DNA from: Camelus dromedarius
Lineage: Eukaryota
Direction of reading: 5' to 3'
DNA: 64,000 nt
Assembly: GCF_036321535.1 (NCBI RefSeq)
Contig: NC_087438.1
Location: 3,784,001 to 3,848,000, forward strand
In this document: piece after piece, positions 35,171 through 48,249 of the stretch
How positions within the stretch are numbered: the first letter of the stretch is position 1
Layout of the letters: the number at the start of each line of letters is the position of its first letter
The notes under the pieces: generated by a model
What the model was told of the DNA's origin: nothing
What the model saw: only the letters and a program-made list of their open reading frames with translations
Databases searched by the model: none
Position numbers and translations under genes: made by a program

Positions 35171-37759
35171 CTACTGTCACTCATGATAAATTTCACTTGC
35201 AAGCTGACCCTGCAGGGTCTCAACTGATACTCAGGTAAGGGCTCCTGAGGCGTTTTCTCCCACGTGCAGGACTGAGTCCTGAAGTAGGGAGAGGTGAAGG
35301 GGGAGCATTTGCAACCTGGGGTTGGGACCAGCTGTGAGGAGCTACAGAAGTTGGAAGTCAAGAGGCTGAGGTGGGGCTGACAATAACGAACTTCTGAGCT
35401 GATGACAAAGACGGCACCAGCTTCCATTTTGGGGTCATTGCAGCAACCGCACTGGGTGAATGATGGTGATGGAGAAGCCATCCTGTCTGCCCATGTGCTC
35501 CAGCTCAGACCCAAGCAATTCAACGTGCATTTGCCTAAGCAAAACCAGCAGCGTTCCTAGGAAGCTAGTGGTAGCGGAGCACGCATACCCACGGGCAGCG
35601 TTTGGCCTACTTCATTCCATTTAGATACATTTGAGCTTTTGGTTCCACTTTGTAGGTGAGGGGCTGAACGGTTTTCTGTGGTTAATTTACCCAATACCTC
35701 TTTTCTTTTTGTCGTTTCAGACACAGGTCTTTCTCTTCCTGCTGTTTTGGGTCTCGTCTCAAATCATCTCGGGTTGTAATCGTGAAGCTCATACAATGGA
35801 AGCTTCTATAGGGCTGCAAGGAATTTCTGTGCATCCTTTCAACTGCAAATTAAAAAAACAAAACCTGATTCAAGGCTATTACAGTTGCATGAGTAGCCAG
35901 TCTACTTCAATAAAAGATTCAGATCAAGTTGTTAAATGAGCTCGACTGGAGCAGAATGATCCAAAGAAAAAAAATAAATAAACCACGGCCCTTTCTGAGC
36001 ACTCAGCAGAAAGGATAAGCACACAGCTTGACGGGAAGGGCAAAGTGGGCTTGTCTCCTTCTGCCTCACTGCACGTGGAGTCCTATGTCTGTGTCCACGT
36101 GGGGCTGCAGAGACAGGGAAGTGTAAACACACATCCCTGTGCCGACACTGGTAAAGTGGGCATTTCTGGGGAAGATCTACACACACCATGAGCCTAACGT
36201 CTGTGTCTTGAGGCTGCCCTCTGCAGATACCCTGAGCCTCACCAGGAGAACGGAGAAGTTCTGCTTTCCCCTTCCTGTATTGACTGCAAAGCAAGAGACT
36301 GGCCACTGAGACAGCCCTAAGCGATGGTGCTGCATTCCCTGCATGGAACCAGGGACAGTCTCCCTGCCTGGTGTGTGGACTCTCTCAAGGAGCACCCACC
36401 TGGAGTCCCTGCAGGATCCCACCTCAGACCCTCCCCAGACCGATACTAAACTTCACTCCCCGCTCCAAGGCGGCAGAAGCAAAGCAGACAGCTCCTGTCA
36501 CCTTGGGCTAGCTTTGGACACTTACTTTTATTTTATCCCATAAAGGATCTTGGCACTTTCCCCTCCTCGTGCCTCCTGCCTTCTATCGTAAATAGTCAGT
36601 TGCAGGGATCAGGTGCAAACTGGATTGTGTTGCATGCACAAATAGTCACGAAAATCATTTCTGGCCACTGCTCTGATGATTCAGATGCACCCAAGCACAC
36701 TAGACCAACACTGCGTACAGCCCAGGCTCTGGCCAGTGTGTCCAAGGACAGTAGAGGAGGGCGGTGAAGGCTCTCGTGTTGTTGGGAGCCCCGGTGGGCA
36801 CCTTGTTGGGACAGGGAGGGGCAGTCAAGGAGGCGGAGGCACTAGGAGGACCCACAGTGCAGCTGCCTCCAGGAGGCCACTGGAGGAGTGATCCTTGCAG
36901 GCTCCTCCACGGTGTTCATGGCATCTTCTGGAAGACCAGGGCAATGGCAGCAGGTGGGGCAGGTGGCTATGTCAGACCAGGCTTATTCGCTCTTCCTGCC
37001 TCCAGCATCTCTTCCCTCCTTCTGCCTCTCGATAGGTCAAACAAAGGCACTAAATTAGAGAGGACTCAGGAGAAGTGAGGAGCCAGGTGACGTCTCTGGA
37101 GGCAGGGGCTCTGCTTGAGGAAATCTGAGTGTCTGGCCAGGTAAAGTCAGCTCTGTGGGTCCAGTTTAGAAGAAACAGCCTCTGAGCCAGTGAGCACCCC
37201 AGCCTGTGGCCTTGTTGTTAATTGATCTGTGTGCCCCACTGCTGTCTGTCCGTGCTCCCAGGAAGATCAATTATCACTTCCTCTTGTTCCTAAGAAAATC
37301 ACTGCTGACTAAAGAAAATGGAGTCGCTGTCCCTGGCCACTGGTCAGTAGACACTTTTAATGACAGTCGTGGAAAAGCCTTTTGAGTGTTTCACAGCATT
37401 ATTCTAAAAAAGCAGTAAGAACAACTCAGTATTAAAATTGATTCTTAGGATTTGGGTCTATGTTAAGCGGCTCTTAAAAAACAGTTGCTTTTTCTAACAT
37501 CTCTGATATTCACTAGATAATAAGATGATCCAACTGAGCCTAAATCAATTATTTATTTCTTTAAAAAGTAAATTTCTGTATTTTTTTCCTGAATATGTGT
37601 GTGTGTGTCACTGAATGTATAAATGATGGGCATGCATTAATTTTTAATAAAGAAAGGGCTATTTTGTTTTAAAAAATTCTCCTGAATTTTGGAACATAGG
37701 CAAAAAGACTTAAAACCTGAGACATATTTTGACTAAGCAATTTTTTTCTAAATGTAAAA

Positions 37760-38170
37760 TAAGGTTTTAAAAGTTTGTGCTAGGAAGTAATTAGGGATGT
37801 TCCAAATTGTATATAAATATATTTGCTATAGTATTTTTAAAAAGCAAAAATTAGAAACAATTTATAGAGTTACCAAGACAATGGTTTAATAACCAGCAGC
37901 ACATTAGGAGCTCATTAAAAAGGCTCAATGACATGGTCATGTACTTAGCTTATTTTACTAAAAGAGCAGGTTACATAATAGTGTTTATCTTACAATACAA
38001 AATTTTCAGGAAAAATGTATATACACCATAGAAAAGAAAGTATACAGAATTTTTGAAAAGGTGGTTATTTTGGAGTGTTTTAATAATTGATTATTTTCAC
38101 TTTTCATCTCTTCACTTTCTTCAGTTTCCCCAAGTCTATGATAAATACACATTATGTTTGGCCAGCAAAA
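37760..38170 (+). mobile_element. Old L1ME 3'-end fragment
   Basis: aaaagcaaaaattagaaacaa, aaagagcaggttacataatagtgt, ggtggttattttggagtg. Confidence 0.55.
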
Positions 38171-38224
38171 AATAATAAGAATTATACAAAAATTAAGTTT
38201 CTTTATGCACAGTATTTATTTATG

Positions 38225-40680
38225 TTTAACAGCTTTATAGGATATTATTGATATTCATTATACTGCATCTATTTAAAGTGTACAACTTGATAAAGTTTTG
38301 ACATATGGATACACTTGTAAAATCATGGCCATAATCAAGATAACGAACATATCCATCACTGTTAAATTTCCTCATGCCCTTTGGCAATCCGTCCCCTCTG
38401 ACCCTCCCAGCCCCACCTCGCCCCTTGTATCTAGGCAACCAATCATCTGTTTTCTGTCCTTCTGTCACTTTAGATTCGTTTGTGCTTGTAACAATTTTAT
38501 ATAAATGGAATCACATGTGACACGTGCACTTCTTTGGTTTGCTTTCCTTCACTCAGCATACTATTTTGAGATTATTGCAAGTTGTGGTTTGTGTCAAGAT
38601 GCCATTCTTTTTTATTGCTCAGTAGCTTCTCATTATGTGGATGCACCTGTTTGTTCACCCTTTCACCTGTTGACGAGTTAATTCAAAAGGAGCTAGTATC
38701 AGGATTTGCGTATGAAGCTTTGTAGGAATATAGACTTTCAGCTCTCTTGGGTGAATAATGGCTGGATCATACGGTAGTTATATTACAGCTTTGAAGAAAC
38801 TGCCACATTTATTCCCAAAATGGTTGTGACATTTTACATTCCTAACAGCAGTGAATGAGAATTCCAGATGCTCCACATCCCAGCCAACACTTGGCGAGGC
38901 CCATCTTTTAAGATTTTCACCACTCTAATGTAAGTGTAGTGGTACTGCATTGGCTTTTACTTTGTATTTCCCTGATAACGAATGATGCTTAGCATCATTT
39001 TATGTGCTCATTTACTCTCTATATACCTTTCTGGGGAAGTATCTATTCAATACTTTAAGGATGGACTATTTCTCAAATCATTCCATGAGGGCAGCATTAT
39101 CCTAATGCCAAAGCCAGACAAAGATATTACAAGAAGAGAAAACTAAGTATCACTCATGGCCATAGATGTAAACATTTGATGCAAAATTTTAGCAAATCTA
39201 ATACATCAATATATAAAAAAGAATAATACATCACGACTAAGTAGGTTCATTTCAGGATGCAACTTTTGTTTAATATCCATCTTGCTAACCAACTAAGAAA
39301 GAAAGGCTATATGATAGTCCCAGTAGATAAAGAACTTTTGTTTAGCAAAATCTAACATCTGTTCCTGCTAAAAACTTTCAGCAGACTAGAAATAGAAGGA
39401 ATTTCTTCAACGTGACAAAATGTATCTATGAAAAAACTACATATAGCGTCTTACTCACTGGGGGAAGACTGGTTGCTTTCTTCCTAAGCTGAGAAGCAAG
39501 AGCAGGAGGACTTCTTCTGCCACTTCTGCTCAGCATGGCACTGGAGGTGCTAACCAGTGCAACAGTGCAAGGGGAAAAATGCATTCTGGTTGGAAAGGAA
39601 GACGTAAACTGCCTTTATTCTCGACTGACACAACTGTCTACATCAAAAGTTCAGTGGACTCTACCAGAATCTAGAACTAACAAATGGGTTTTATAATGTT
39701 GCAGGATTAAAAAAAAATGATATATAAAAATCCATTATATTTCTAAATAATAGCATTGAACAATCAGATTTTGAATTTTAAAACCCCACTACTTACAATA
39801 ACACTGAAAATATGAAACACTTAGGGAAAAAATCTTACAAATGATGTGAAAGACTTTATACTAAAACCCACAAAACATGGTTGATAGAAATTTTAAATAA
39901 ATATATAGATAAACCATATACTTGGATCAGAAATTATTAAGAAATTGGTCATCCCTAATTTCTATAGATTCTACTTAATTCCAGTAAAAATCCAAGAATC
40001 CTTTTTAGTTTGTAGAAACCAACTGATTCTAAATTTCACATGGAAATTCAAAGGATCTAGAATAGAAAATACAAATTTTGAGAGAACAAAGTTGGAGGGC
40101 TAGGCTATCTTATTTCAGGACTCATTATAAAGCTACAATAGTCAAGACAGTGTGGTGTTGGTGTAAAGATAAACAGATTAATGGTACAGAGTCCAGAAAT
40201 AGACCCACACATATGTGGAGATCTGAACTCCAACAAAGGTGCAAAAGTGATTCAGTGTAGACAGGGCACTCTTAAACACGTTGTTAAAGCTGTGTATAAA
40301 AACATAATAATAGAAAAACCTTCCTTCTAGATCTTCCATCATGCACAACAAATAATTCAAAATCGGTTGTCAACTTAAATCTAAGTCTATATCAAACTTC
40401 CTAGAGGAAAACATGGGAGAAAAACTTGTGATGATGGATTTGGCAAAGATTTCTTAAACAACAAAGTCATAATTCCCAAAAGGACAAATTGACAAATTGT
40501 ACTTTATGAAATTAAAAACAAAACAAAACTTTGCTTTTTGAAAAGTAATCAAGAGAATGAAAATAAAAACCACAAATTGGGAGGATTATTTGCAGATGTT
40601 ACGTCTGATAAAGGACTCATATCCAGCATACCTAAAGAACTCTCAAACTCAAGAATAAGAAAATAAGCAGTTCAAGTAAG
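38225..40680 (-). mobile_element. L1MB-type element with 5' inversion: 3' part antisense (38225-39055), ORF2 part sense (39060-40680)
   Basis: tttaacagcttta...tttaaagtgtacaa L1MB 3' end; sense ORF2 motifs (tcattccatgagggcagcattatcctaatgccaaagccagacaaaga; tataaagctacaatagtcaagacagtgtggtgttgg). Confidence 0.88.
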
Positions 40681-41719
40681 AGGTATTGGATTTATCGCTA
40701 AAGTTACAGTTAACCATTTAATCAGTGTAAAGGCACTGTTGTCATTTCAAAAGTCAGCTATTGAGTCAGAACTAAAGACCTACAGGTATTTTTCATGCTC
40801 CAAATAACTGGCAGCTGAATATGTATTGAAAATTCTTTTTCCCTTAAAATTCTCAGTGGCAATGGCAGAATATGACATTCCAAGTCTCACTTTTGTGACT
40901 CATCAATACCTTACCTTACTTAACTCAAGAGCGTAAGACAGAATTCAAACAAAATATATTTCGATTCCCTTGGGCAATTTTGTCCAGCCTGTATTTTGAT
41001 CTACACTCTGTGGGATGGTAGGCGCAGGAATGACAAGAACTGGGGGGATGATGTGACTTGCCAAAGTAGTCCAGGTAATGACCAGCCCGCAGAAGGACCA
41101 CGGCATCGTGACGTTCCATCCCATGCTTTCCAGTAGACCCCTGCCATGAAAGTAAGTCATGATGCTCATACACCCAGACCCTCACATTTTAGAATTCTGA
41201 AAATTGTGTGTAAATGGTTGGATGGTTTCAGATTGTCTGACAGTCAAAATAGGATGAAAATCTGATGGGATATCATCCTGAACTTAAGCTGATCTTCAAG
41301 GTGAACTAAGGGTTTATGTTTGTCCTAACCAGCTACGTATGCTGCGCTGGAAAAGTCCTTTGAAGCGAGTTCACTGGATCTCGTAACTGGATCACATGTT
41401 ACAGTTAATTACCCAAGGGGAAGAGTCTGGTGGGTCCTCAGCCAGTGGGATGTTTCTTGAGATAGTTTTGGCCCGCTAGAGTTTCAGACAAAAGCTAATA
41501 TCAATAGTTTTCTCATTGTGCAGGAAACCTTCAGAGCTGGCGGCCAACACCTGTCACCCAAGTGGGAACCGTCACTCCTTTTCCCCTGCACGCAGTCCCT
41601 TGTGCAGCGTACAGATTATTGTGTTCGCTTTTCCCTTTCCTATTTTCTTCACCTGTTTGGATCCTAAAGAATCCTTGCTTTGCATACTTCAATTCACACC
41701 TTTAACCGTTGGTACATAC

Positions 41720-42204
41720 CTTCCAGTATCCCTTTCACGTGCAGTCTCCTCCCACATGACTGGGTATTGTTGGGGGACTAGATATGGCCAGTGGGACTTC
41801 ATCAAGGTGGACGCAAGAGGAGGCTGGTGAGCACTTTCTCACTGGGACCCGCCCTTTGGAACTCTCCTTGGAATTTGGCTGCCATGCTGTGAGGAAGCCC
41901 AAGCATTCACAAAAGAGGACCCATGGGAAGGAACACTCAGGCCCCACAGCAACACGGCAAGCTCCCAGCAGTCAGGCAGCAACAACGGCCCCCCACGTCA
42001 GTGAGCCTTCGTGAACGCTACACCCCGGTGCAAGCCCCCAGACGCCTGCAGCTCCAGCCGAAGCCACGTGCAGCAGACGGGCCTCCTAGCTGAGCCCAGT
42101 CAATTATAAAATCACAAGACATGGTAAGGTGTCTATTTGTTTAGGTTGTTGCATTTTAAGTCACTAAGTTTTGGGAGGTGGATTGTTATGCAGCAATTGA
42201 TACA
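41720..42204 (+). mobile_element. MLT1 (F/G/H-like) MaLR LTR
   Basis: gctgccatgctgtgaggaagcccaagc, agctgagcccagtcaa, ttttaagtcactaagttttggg...ttgttatgcagcaattgataca. Confidence 0.85.
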
Positions 42205-42620
42205 GAAAATGCCTTACTTTTTTTTTCTATCCTCCTTCTCCCTTTGTAACAAGCCTACCCTCACATTGTCCTCTGCCTCCTCTTCAGATGCCTGCTTCCC
42301 TAGTTGGGGGAATGCTCACCATTCACAGCGATGCTCTGGCTCCTGCTTGTCGTGGCCTTTCCTGAGTTGCCAGTCAGCACCTCCCATGAGCCAGTTCACC
42401 TCCCAAAGGCCTAAGCTTCGTAAAGCTCCCTGGCCAGCACCCTTTGCCCTGTGGCCATGGGGCTCCCTTCACTGCTGCATGTATTGCTTGTGCTTGATCT
42501 CCTTCTCTGCTCCTGCATGTGGATTGCTATCTCCCAGAGTGTCATTCCATGTTCTTACAACTCTTGGCACCTCCTGAACACATGTCTCTTGAGTTGAATT
42601 CTTTAAGTTGTAGATCATAG

Positions 42621-43046
42621 AACATAATGCCATTTGCAGCAACATGGATGCTCCTGGAGAATATCATTCTAAGTGAAGTAAGTCAGAAGGACAAAGAAAA
42701 ATACCATATGAGATCACTCATATGTGGAATCTAAAAAAATAAAAAATAAATAAATACAAATCAGAAACAGACTCAGACATAGAATACAAACTTGTGGTTT
42801 CCAAGGGGATGGGGGGTGGGAAGGGACAGACTGGGATTTCAAAACGTAGAATAGATAAACAGGATTGTACTGTGTAGCACAGGGAAATATATACAGGATC
42901 TTGTGGTGGCTCACAGCGAAAGAGAATGTGACAATGAATGTATGCATGTTCATGTATAACTGAAAAATTGTGCTCTACACTGGAATTTGACACAACATTG
43001 TAAAATGACTATAACTCAATAAAAAATTGTTTAAAAAATAAAAAAA
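42621..43046 (+). mobile_element. Young L1 3' end, 5'-truncated
   Basis: closely matches the 7.7-8.4 kb copy; G-tract at 42805-42825, ctcaataaaaaa and A tail; no convincing TSD. Confidence 0.92.
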
Positions 43047-43333
43047 GAACACAGTTTTCTTGTAAATACAAGCATTACACTGAGTATGACATGACAATGA
43101 GCCACATAGGAAATTATAGGGTAGAGCTAGAATTATTGAAGTCAGAAAACAAAGAGCAAAAGAGCAATGTAATAACAATCTTCATATGTTGCTGAACACC
43201 TCGTAAACCTGGTGCTTAAAGAACATGACTGACACAAGGCTTATGAGTCAATCATTTGGTTCATAATTTTTACAACATAGAAGTGCAATGTTTCTAAGGA
43301 CATGATTAAATCCTACAAAGTATTTCCAAAGAA

Positions 43334-43432
43334 ATAGACAGACAGGTAGATGGATGGATAGATGGATGGATAAATAGATAGATAGACAGACAGACAGATA
43401 GAAAGACTAGATAGAGAACAATAGATGGATAG
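43334..43432. repeat. Compound (GATA/GACA/GATG)n tetranucleotide repeat
   Basis: direct reading. Confidence 0.9.
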
Positions 43433-45049
43433 AGTCTTAGTACAACTTCCTGGGGACTGCGATTTGCAGTCGTACAGTTAAAGGCTGAACGACAAGCCAC
43501 TCCTTACACATTAAAGATGAGGGCTGTGCAATGTTACTCCTTAGCACAGGACACTTGGAACCAGATGGCAGATGTTTTTTGAGGGTTGCCCCTGGTGAGC
43601 CTGATCCAAGACTTCAGTGAGCTGCAGGGGCAGTCCACTGGGCACTGCTCAGCCCAGGGCTTGGGCTGTGGGTCTTACTTCTGGTCTAAGAGCCACATGG
43701 TCCAGGGTGACTTGTGAGTATGTCCATGTCAAAATAATACCTTTTTTGGAGCCTCTAATTTATCGGTTTCCATGTTTTACTGCAAGATAGAATTTCACAG
43801 AAAATAGAATAGAGACTGAGTAAGGAGCCCAGCGGGAAGGGATGATACAGACCCGTCATTTTCTACTCACTTCATGGCATCTGCTGCCCCAGCCTTTTTG
43901 TCTTCATGCCTTTGTATCCCCACCAGCGTCAGCCTAACAGCCGGAGCCTCCCTCTTCCCTCCAGCTTAGTTAACTGGGGCTTTTCCTCTGCCCTTGCCCC
44001 TGGCAAGGACTTTAGTTTCAAAAGGGTTTTTAGCTGAGACAAGACATAACGTACAGAGATACTAACCACTCTTAAAATGCTTATACGGATTTTTAAAGCC
44101 AATCTTGAGCAAAACCCTTTATCAATGGTGGATTTAATGAATATCACATAACTGAGAAAGACACAAGGCAGTTTTAGGTTTTATTTAGCATTATGGAATT
44201 ACTAGGCTTTTTCACTTGATTATTATAAAAATAACAAAAATTCTTTGACATCATTAAACCAATAAAGCATATGGAGGGAATGGGAGAAATTCACAAGTAA
44301 ATAGAATGGGCTTTTAATAGGATTTTGAAGTCAAATAGTATTAAGATCTTCCAGGAAATAAGAAGAGCTGAGGGGTTTAGCATATGAAAGGGTTTAAGTC
44401 ACCTTCAAGGTTGAGAGCCCCTTAGAACTAAGTGGATTATTTCCCCGTCACTGTTCATCCCACTGCAAATTCCAAAGTGATTTCCACTTTTCTCAGTCAC
44501 TGCACATTTAAAACATATGTTAAAATAAGTGAGCTAGAACGGCTTTCCAATCAGTGCACCAGACCTTCCTTAGTTTGGACCAGGATCCAGAGGTTCTGAC
44601 ACTCCAGCTGGAATCACTGCTAATCAAGGGATAAGTAAAATGTGACTTGGAAAATCATACTGCAGTTTGATCCACATCAGTATTTACTGCTTATTGGTAT
44701 TTACAACATTACACACAATGTTCCCAAGCAGACAAAACAATTGTTTTCGACGCCTGTGTATCCCCTGTCCCTGAGAAGTGCTAAAAAGGCACGTGCTAAA
44801 CTCCTAGTCTTCACTGTTCTTGGCCAACTGCGTGGCCAAGCCCGGCATGATGGCCTCTCTCTGATCCAGACGGCCAGCCTCGCTTGTCCTCTCCCACAGG
44901 GGTTGTGGAGGCACACGCAGGATGTGGTTTTTGACAACATTTGACAGAGGCCTCCTACTCTGCAGTGTGAACACTGTGATGGGGAACTCCACTGGCCTCG
45001 ATCAACACAGTCATAGGCTTGTATGAAGCCACTGCCATTGGTTGAAACC

Positions 45050-45200
45050 CCACACGCTCTCTGTAGGTTGTCAAACGTGCTGTCTCCTCTATCTGGAACA
45101 TGCTTACCTCTCACCTCTGCCTGCCACAAACAGCCCAGCCTCAACGCCACATCCTCTGGGCAGCCGGTCACTGACCCCTGGAAACGCAGGTGAGACATCC
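45050..45200 (+). mobile_element. L2 fragment
   Basis: tcaaacgtgctgtctcctctatctggaacatgct...cagcctcaacgccacatcctctgg. Confidence 0.55.
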
Positions 45201-45334
45201 CACGTGTTCCTACAGTGCATGGGCAGCCCTGGTCTCGCTCATTTTCACCCCTTTTGACTTCTTCGTCGTGATCCACTATTTGGTACATTTTCTGGGGCAG
45301 GACTGGCTCCCCTTATTTCCATATTAACCACAGC

Positions 45335-45632
45335 AGAGCTCTGTGTTGTCAGGGGCGTAGGACATGAGTGGGGTGTGGCTGCGGAGTGCTTGAAATATGG
45401 CTGGTGTGACCGAGGAACTGCATTTTCACCTGAGCTGAAACACGGAGTAAATGCAAATTACGCACAGAATTCTGAAGACCCAGAACAGAAGGAGGTGTGT
45501 GAGATGTGTGTCGTGTCTGTTCTTGCGTGCAGAAATGACCATATTTTGGATATACTGGGTTAAATAAATCTATTAAAAGTAACTTCACTTGTTTCTTCGT
45601 TAGCATTGTATTTCTATTGGAGACACTGGTCT
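45335..45632. mobile_element. MER33/MER3-like hAT DNA transposon
   Basis: gagtgcttgaaatatggctggtgtgaccgagg, atattttggatatactgggttaaataaa, tatttctattggagacactg. Confidence 0.8.
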
Positions 45633-46728
45633 AGCAGAGTGGATCATCTACAGACACCAGACCAACAAATAGAATCTATTTTGTAATATAGAGCTGAGTA
45701 TAAGATACACAATTTAGGAGTGATTAATAGTTACGGGGAAAATGACAATCTATTTTGACCAGCAAAAGAGATGCACTTTAGGGGTCCAAACGACTGTGTA
45801 ACACGGCATGGAATAGATTTAGGCCCTTCTGATGCCACCATTTCAGCTGTACCCTTTTGTAACCTTTTTGCCTCCTTTCTGACATGAAACTTCATTGTGC
45901 ATCTGGGATCTGGGCAGAGATGGGGCTCCCTGTCTCTGTGAGTTCCTTGCTTCCGGAATACCCATCGTTCTCAGCTGCGCTGCTGGGTCTGAACTGTACT
46001 CTGATGCCTCAGGCCGCCTGCCCCCAGAGCTAGAGGGTGAGCTTAGTTAAGGAACCCATCAGACTCACGACTTGGATCCTGCATCCCGCTGTCTTGCAAG
46101 AGTAGATTCCTCTTTACTGCCTGATCTTCCTGCTGAATCCATGCAGGGTCTCTTGCATGCATAGTTTAGCCGTCAGCTGGGGATTTGGGAAATTTTTGCT
46201 CTGAATTTTGGTCTCGCTCCTATGATTCCTGTGCTGGCAGAATTTCCTTTTGTATTTGCAGCTGCTTTCCCAGCTCTGAGCTCTAGTGCTATTATCTTTG
46301 GCTAACAAAGCTGCAGCTTTGCCCCTACACCCCCGCACCATTTTCCACAATCATGGCAGAGTGGATTGGGCAGTGACCCTGGCTAGGGAGCCATACACTT
46401 GCCATTGTACCATTTCCAGTTACTTTTGGGTGAGTCCCAGTGTATTAAATGATGGTTTTATTTATTTTATCAAGCTTTGATGACTGATATCTACTCAGGA
46501 TTCACATGACCTTCTTCACTTTTTTACCATTTCCACAGGCAAACTTCCATGTCCAGTTTTCACGGTAGATGGACGATCACAGCAGCAGTAGCTTGAGGAT
46601 GCTGTGGGGCCAGTCACTCGACTTCAAACACAAGGGCTTGGGCCATAGTCTCAGAAAGCCACCCAGACGACTGGAGGTACCAGCTCAGAATAAAGGAAGA
46701 CAGAATGAGCAGTAGAGGAGAGGGATGG

Positions 46729-47075
46729 TGTACTCCTCAGCCCCAGGTGCCATAACAAAATGCCCTGGACTGAGTGGCTTAAATAACAGGAATTCTTTTC
46801 TCATGGTTCCAGTGGCTGGATGTCTGAGATAAAGGTGCTGGCAGGTTTGCATCTCAGCATGAGGCTTCTCTTCCTGGCTTGTAGGCCACCGCCATCTCGC
46901 TGTGTTTCCACAAGGCGCAGAGAGAGGAGAAGCAAGCTCTCTGCTTTCTATTCTTACAAGAACAGGGGCCCGACCCTCAAGGCCTCCTCACCTAAACCTA
47001 ATTACCTCCAAAGGTTCTGCCTCCAAACACAAGCACATCGGGGTTGCGGGAAAGCGTCCCCCCCCACATATGACA
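46729..47075 (-). mobile_element. MLT1A-type MaLR LTR
   Basis: tgccataacaaaat...gtggcttaaataacag, gagataaaggtgctggcagg, cctaattacctccaaagg. Confidence 0.88.
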
Positions 47076-47179
47076 TTGTTGGTGGAAAGTGTCGGTTGTG
47101 ACCCACAAGCCACTGCAGGGTTGGAGGTTTTAGTTTGTCACAGTGACATCCTTCTTTCAGTTCTCCCGGGAAATGAGGT

Positions 47180-47512
47180 TAACCAGAACCTGGAGACGCT
47201 GTCTCCAGTTACAGTGAAGTCCCTAGGCGGCGTTGAGTGTCACGTGCTGACTCGCAGTTGTATTCACCTTCAGGAGTTCTCCTGAGGGGAGCGGTCTCAC
47301 CCAAGGGGTAGGAGGGCCAGGCTCCTTCTCCTCACGCCAGGGACAGCTCTGAAAGGCCACGCTATCTCTATCGACTTTTTTGCAAATGCAGTGCATTTAA
47401 AATTTACCTTCTGCTCAGTTCTGCCTTCTCCCCTCACTCCCCTTCAGGGACTGCTCCCCAGAGTAGTTCCTGAACACAAATCTCTGCTCAGCACTGCAGG
47501 GAACCCCACCTG
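47180..47512 (+). mobile_element. LTR16-type ERVL LTR
   Basis: gggacagctctgaaaggcca, cctgaacacaaatctctgctcag...gggaacccc. Confidence 0.7.
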
Positions 47513-47544
47513 CCTCCAGAAGTATGTGAGTAATCTTGGTCAGA

Positions 47545-48066
47545 AGGTGGACAAAGTGCATTAATTATTATTAATTATTCCCATTCTGCACCCCTCCCTG
47601 CACTCAAGCTATTTGCCACAGAATTTTGCATTTTCTCTCACTAAAGAGGCACAGTTTATTTCCTTTATTTTCTTACTCCTTCATTATGGTCATGCAGCTG
47701 CTTTGCCTGGTAGGATGTTGGCAGATGTGACGAGTGCAAGCAGGTGAAAACTGCGTGTGGATTCTACTTGGCTCTTGCCCAGCTGTCATCTCCAGGAAAC
47801 ACGCCCGGACCAGCCCATCAGAGGGCAAAGCACACGGAGCAGTGTGGAGTTGACCAGTTGTCCCTGCCAAAGCCCTGTCCATCGGCTGCCTTGCACTCCT
47901 TCCCTATAGTTGTGAGTGACCGCAGCCAAGGTCAGAAGAACTTTCCAGGTGAAGTTCTAATTCACTAACCCCAAAACTCAAGGGCTAACAAGTGCTTACT
48001 ATTGTATGCTTCTGAATTCTCATGGGTGTTTGCCATGAAGCAGTATCGTGTCAACAGATAACAGGC
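47545..48066 (+). mobile_element. MLT1 (I/J-like) MaLR LTR
   Basis: ctcactaaagaggcacagtttatttcc, gctttgcctggtaggatgttggcagatgtgac, aagtgcttactattgtatgc. Confidence 0.75.
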
Positions 48067-48249
48067 AGAAGTACTGGTGATTCCCAATCTGAAGTCTGAG
48101 GAAGGCAGCCCTTATTGGAAGAGCACATTTATTTATACCAGGATCAAGCAGAAGAAGTAAGCATTTGGAATTTTCAGAATTTATACTTCCCATCAAGACT
48201 CATAAGGTGTGTGAATCCTTCACGCTGGTCACTGTCTTTTTGCTCTGCC

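Noticed and set aside
40925..41185. Two open minus-strand frames with coding-like codons (GMERHDAVVLLRAGHYLDYFGK)
   Set aside because: No consistent splice-site pair and no protein I recognise; insufficient without a homology search
44701..45288. 195-aa minus-strand ORF
   Set aside because: Overlaps an L2 remnant; no recognisable domain or convincing splice structure
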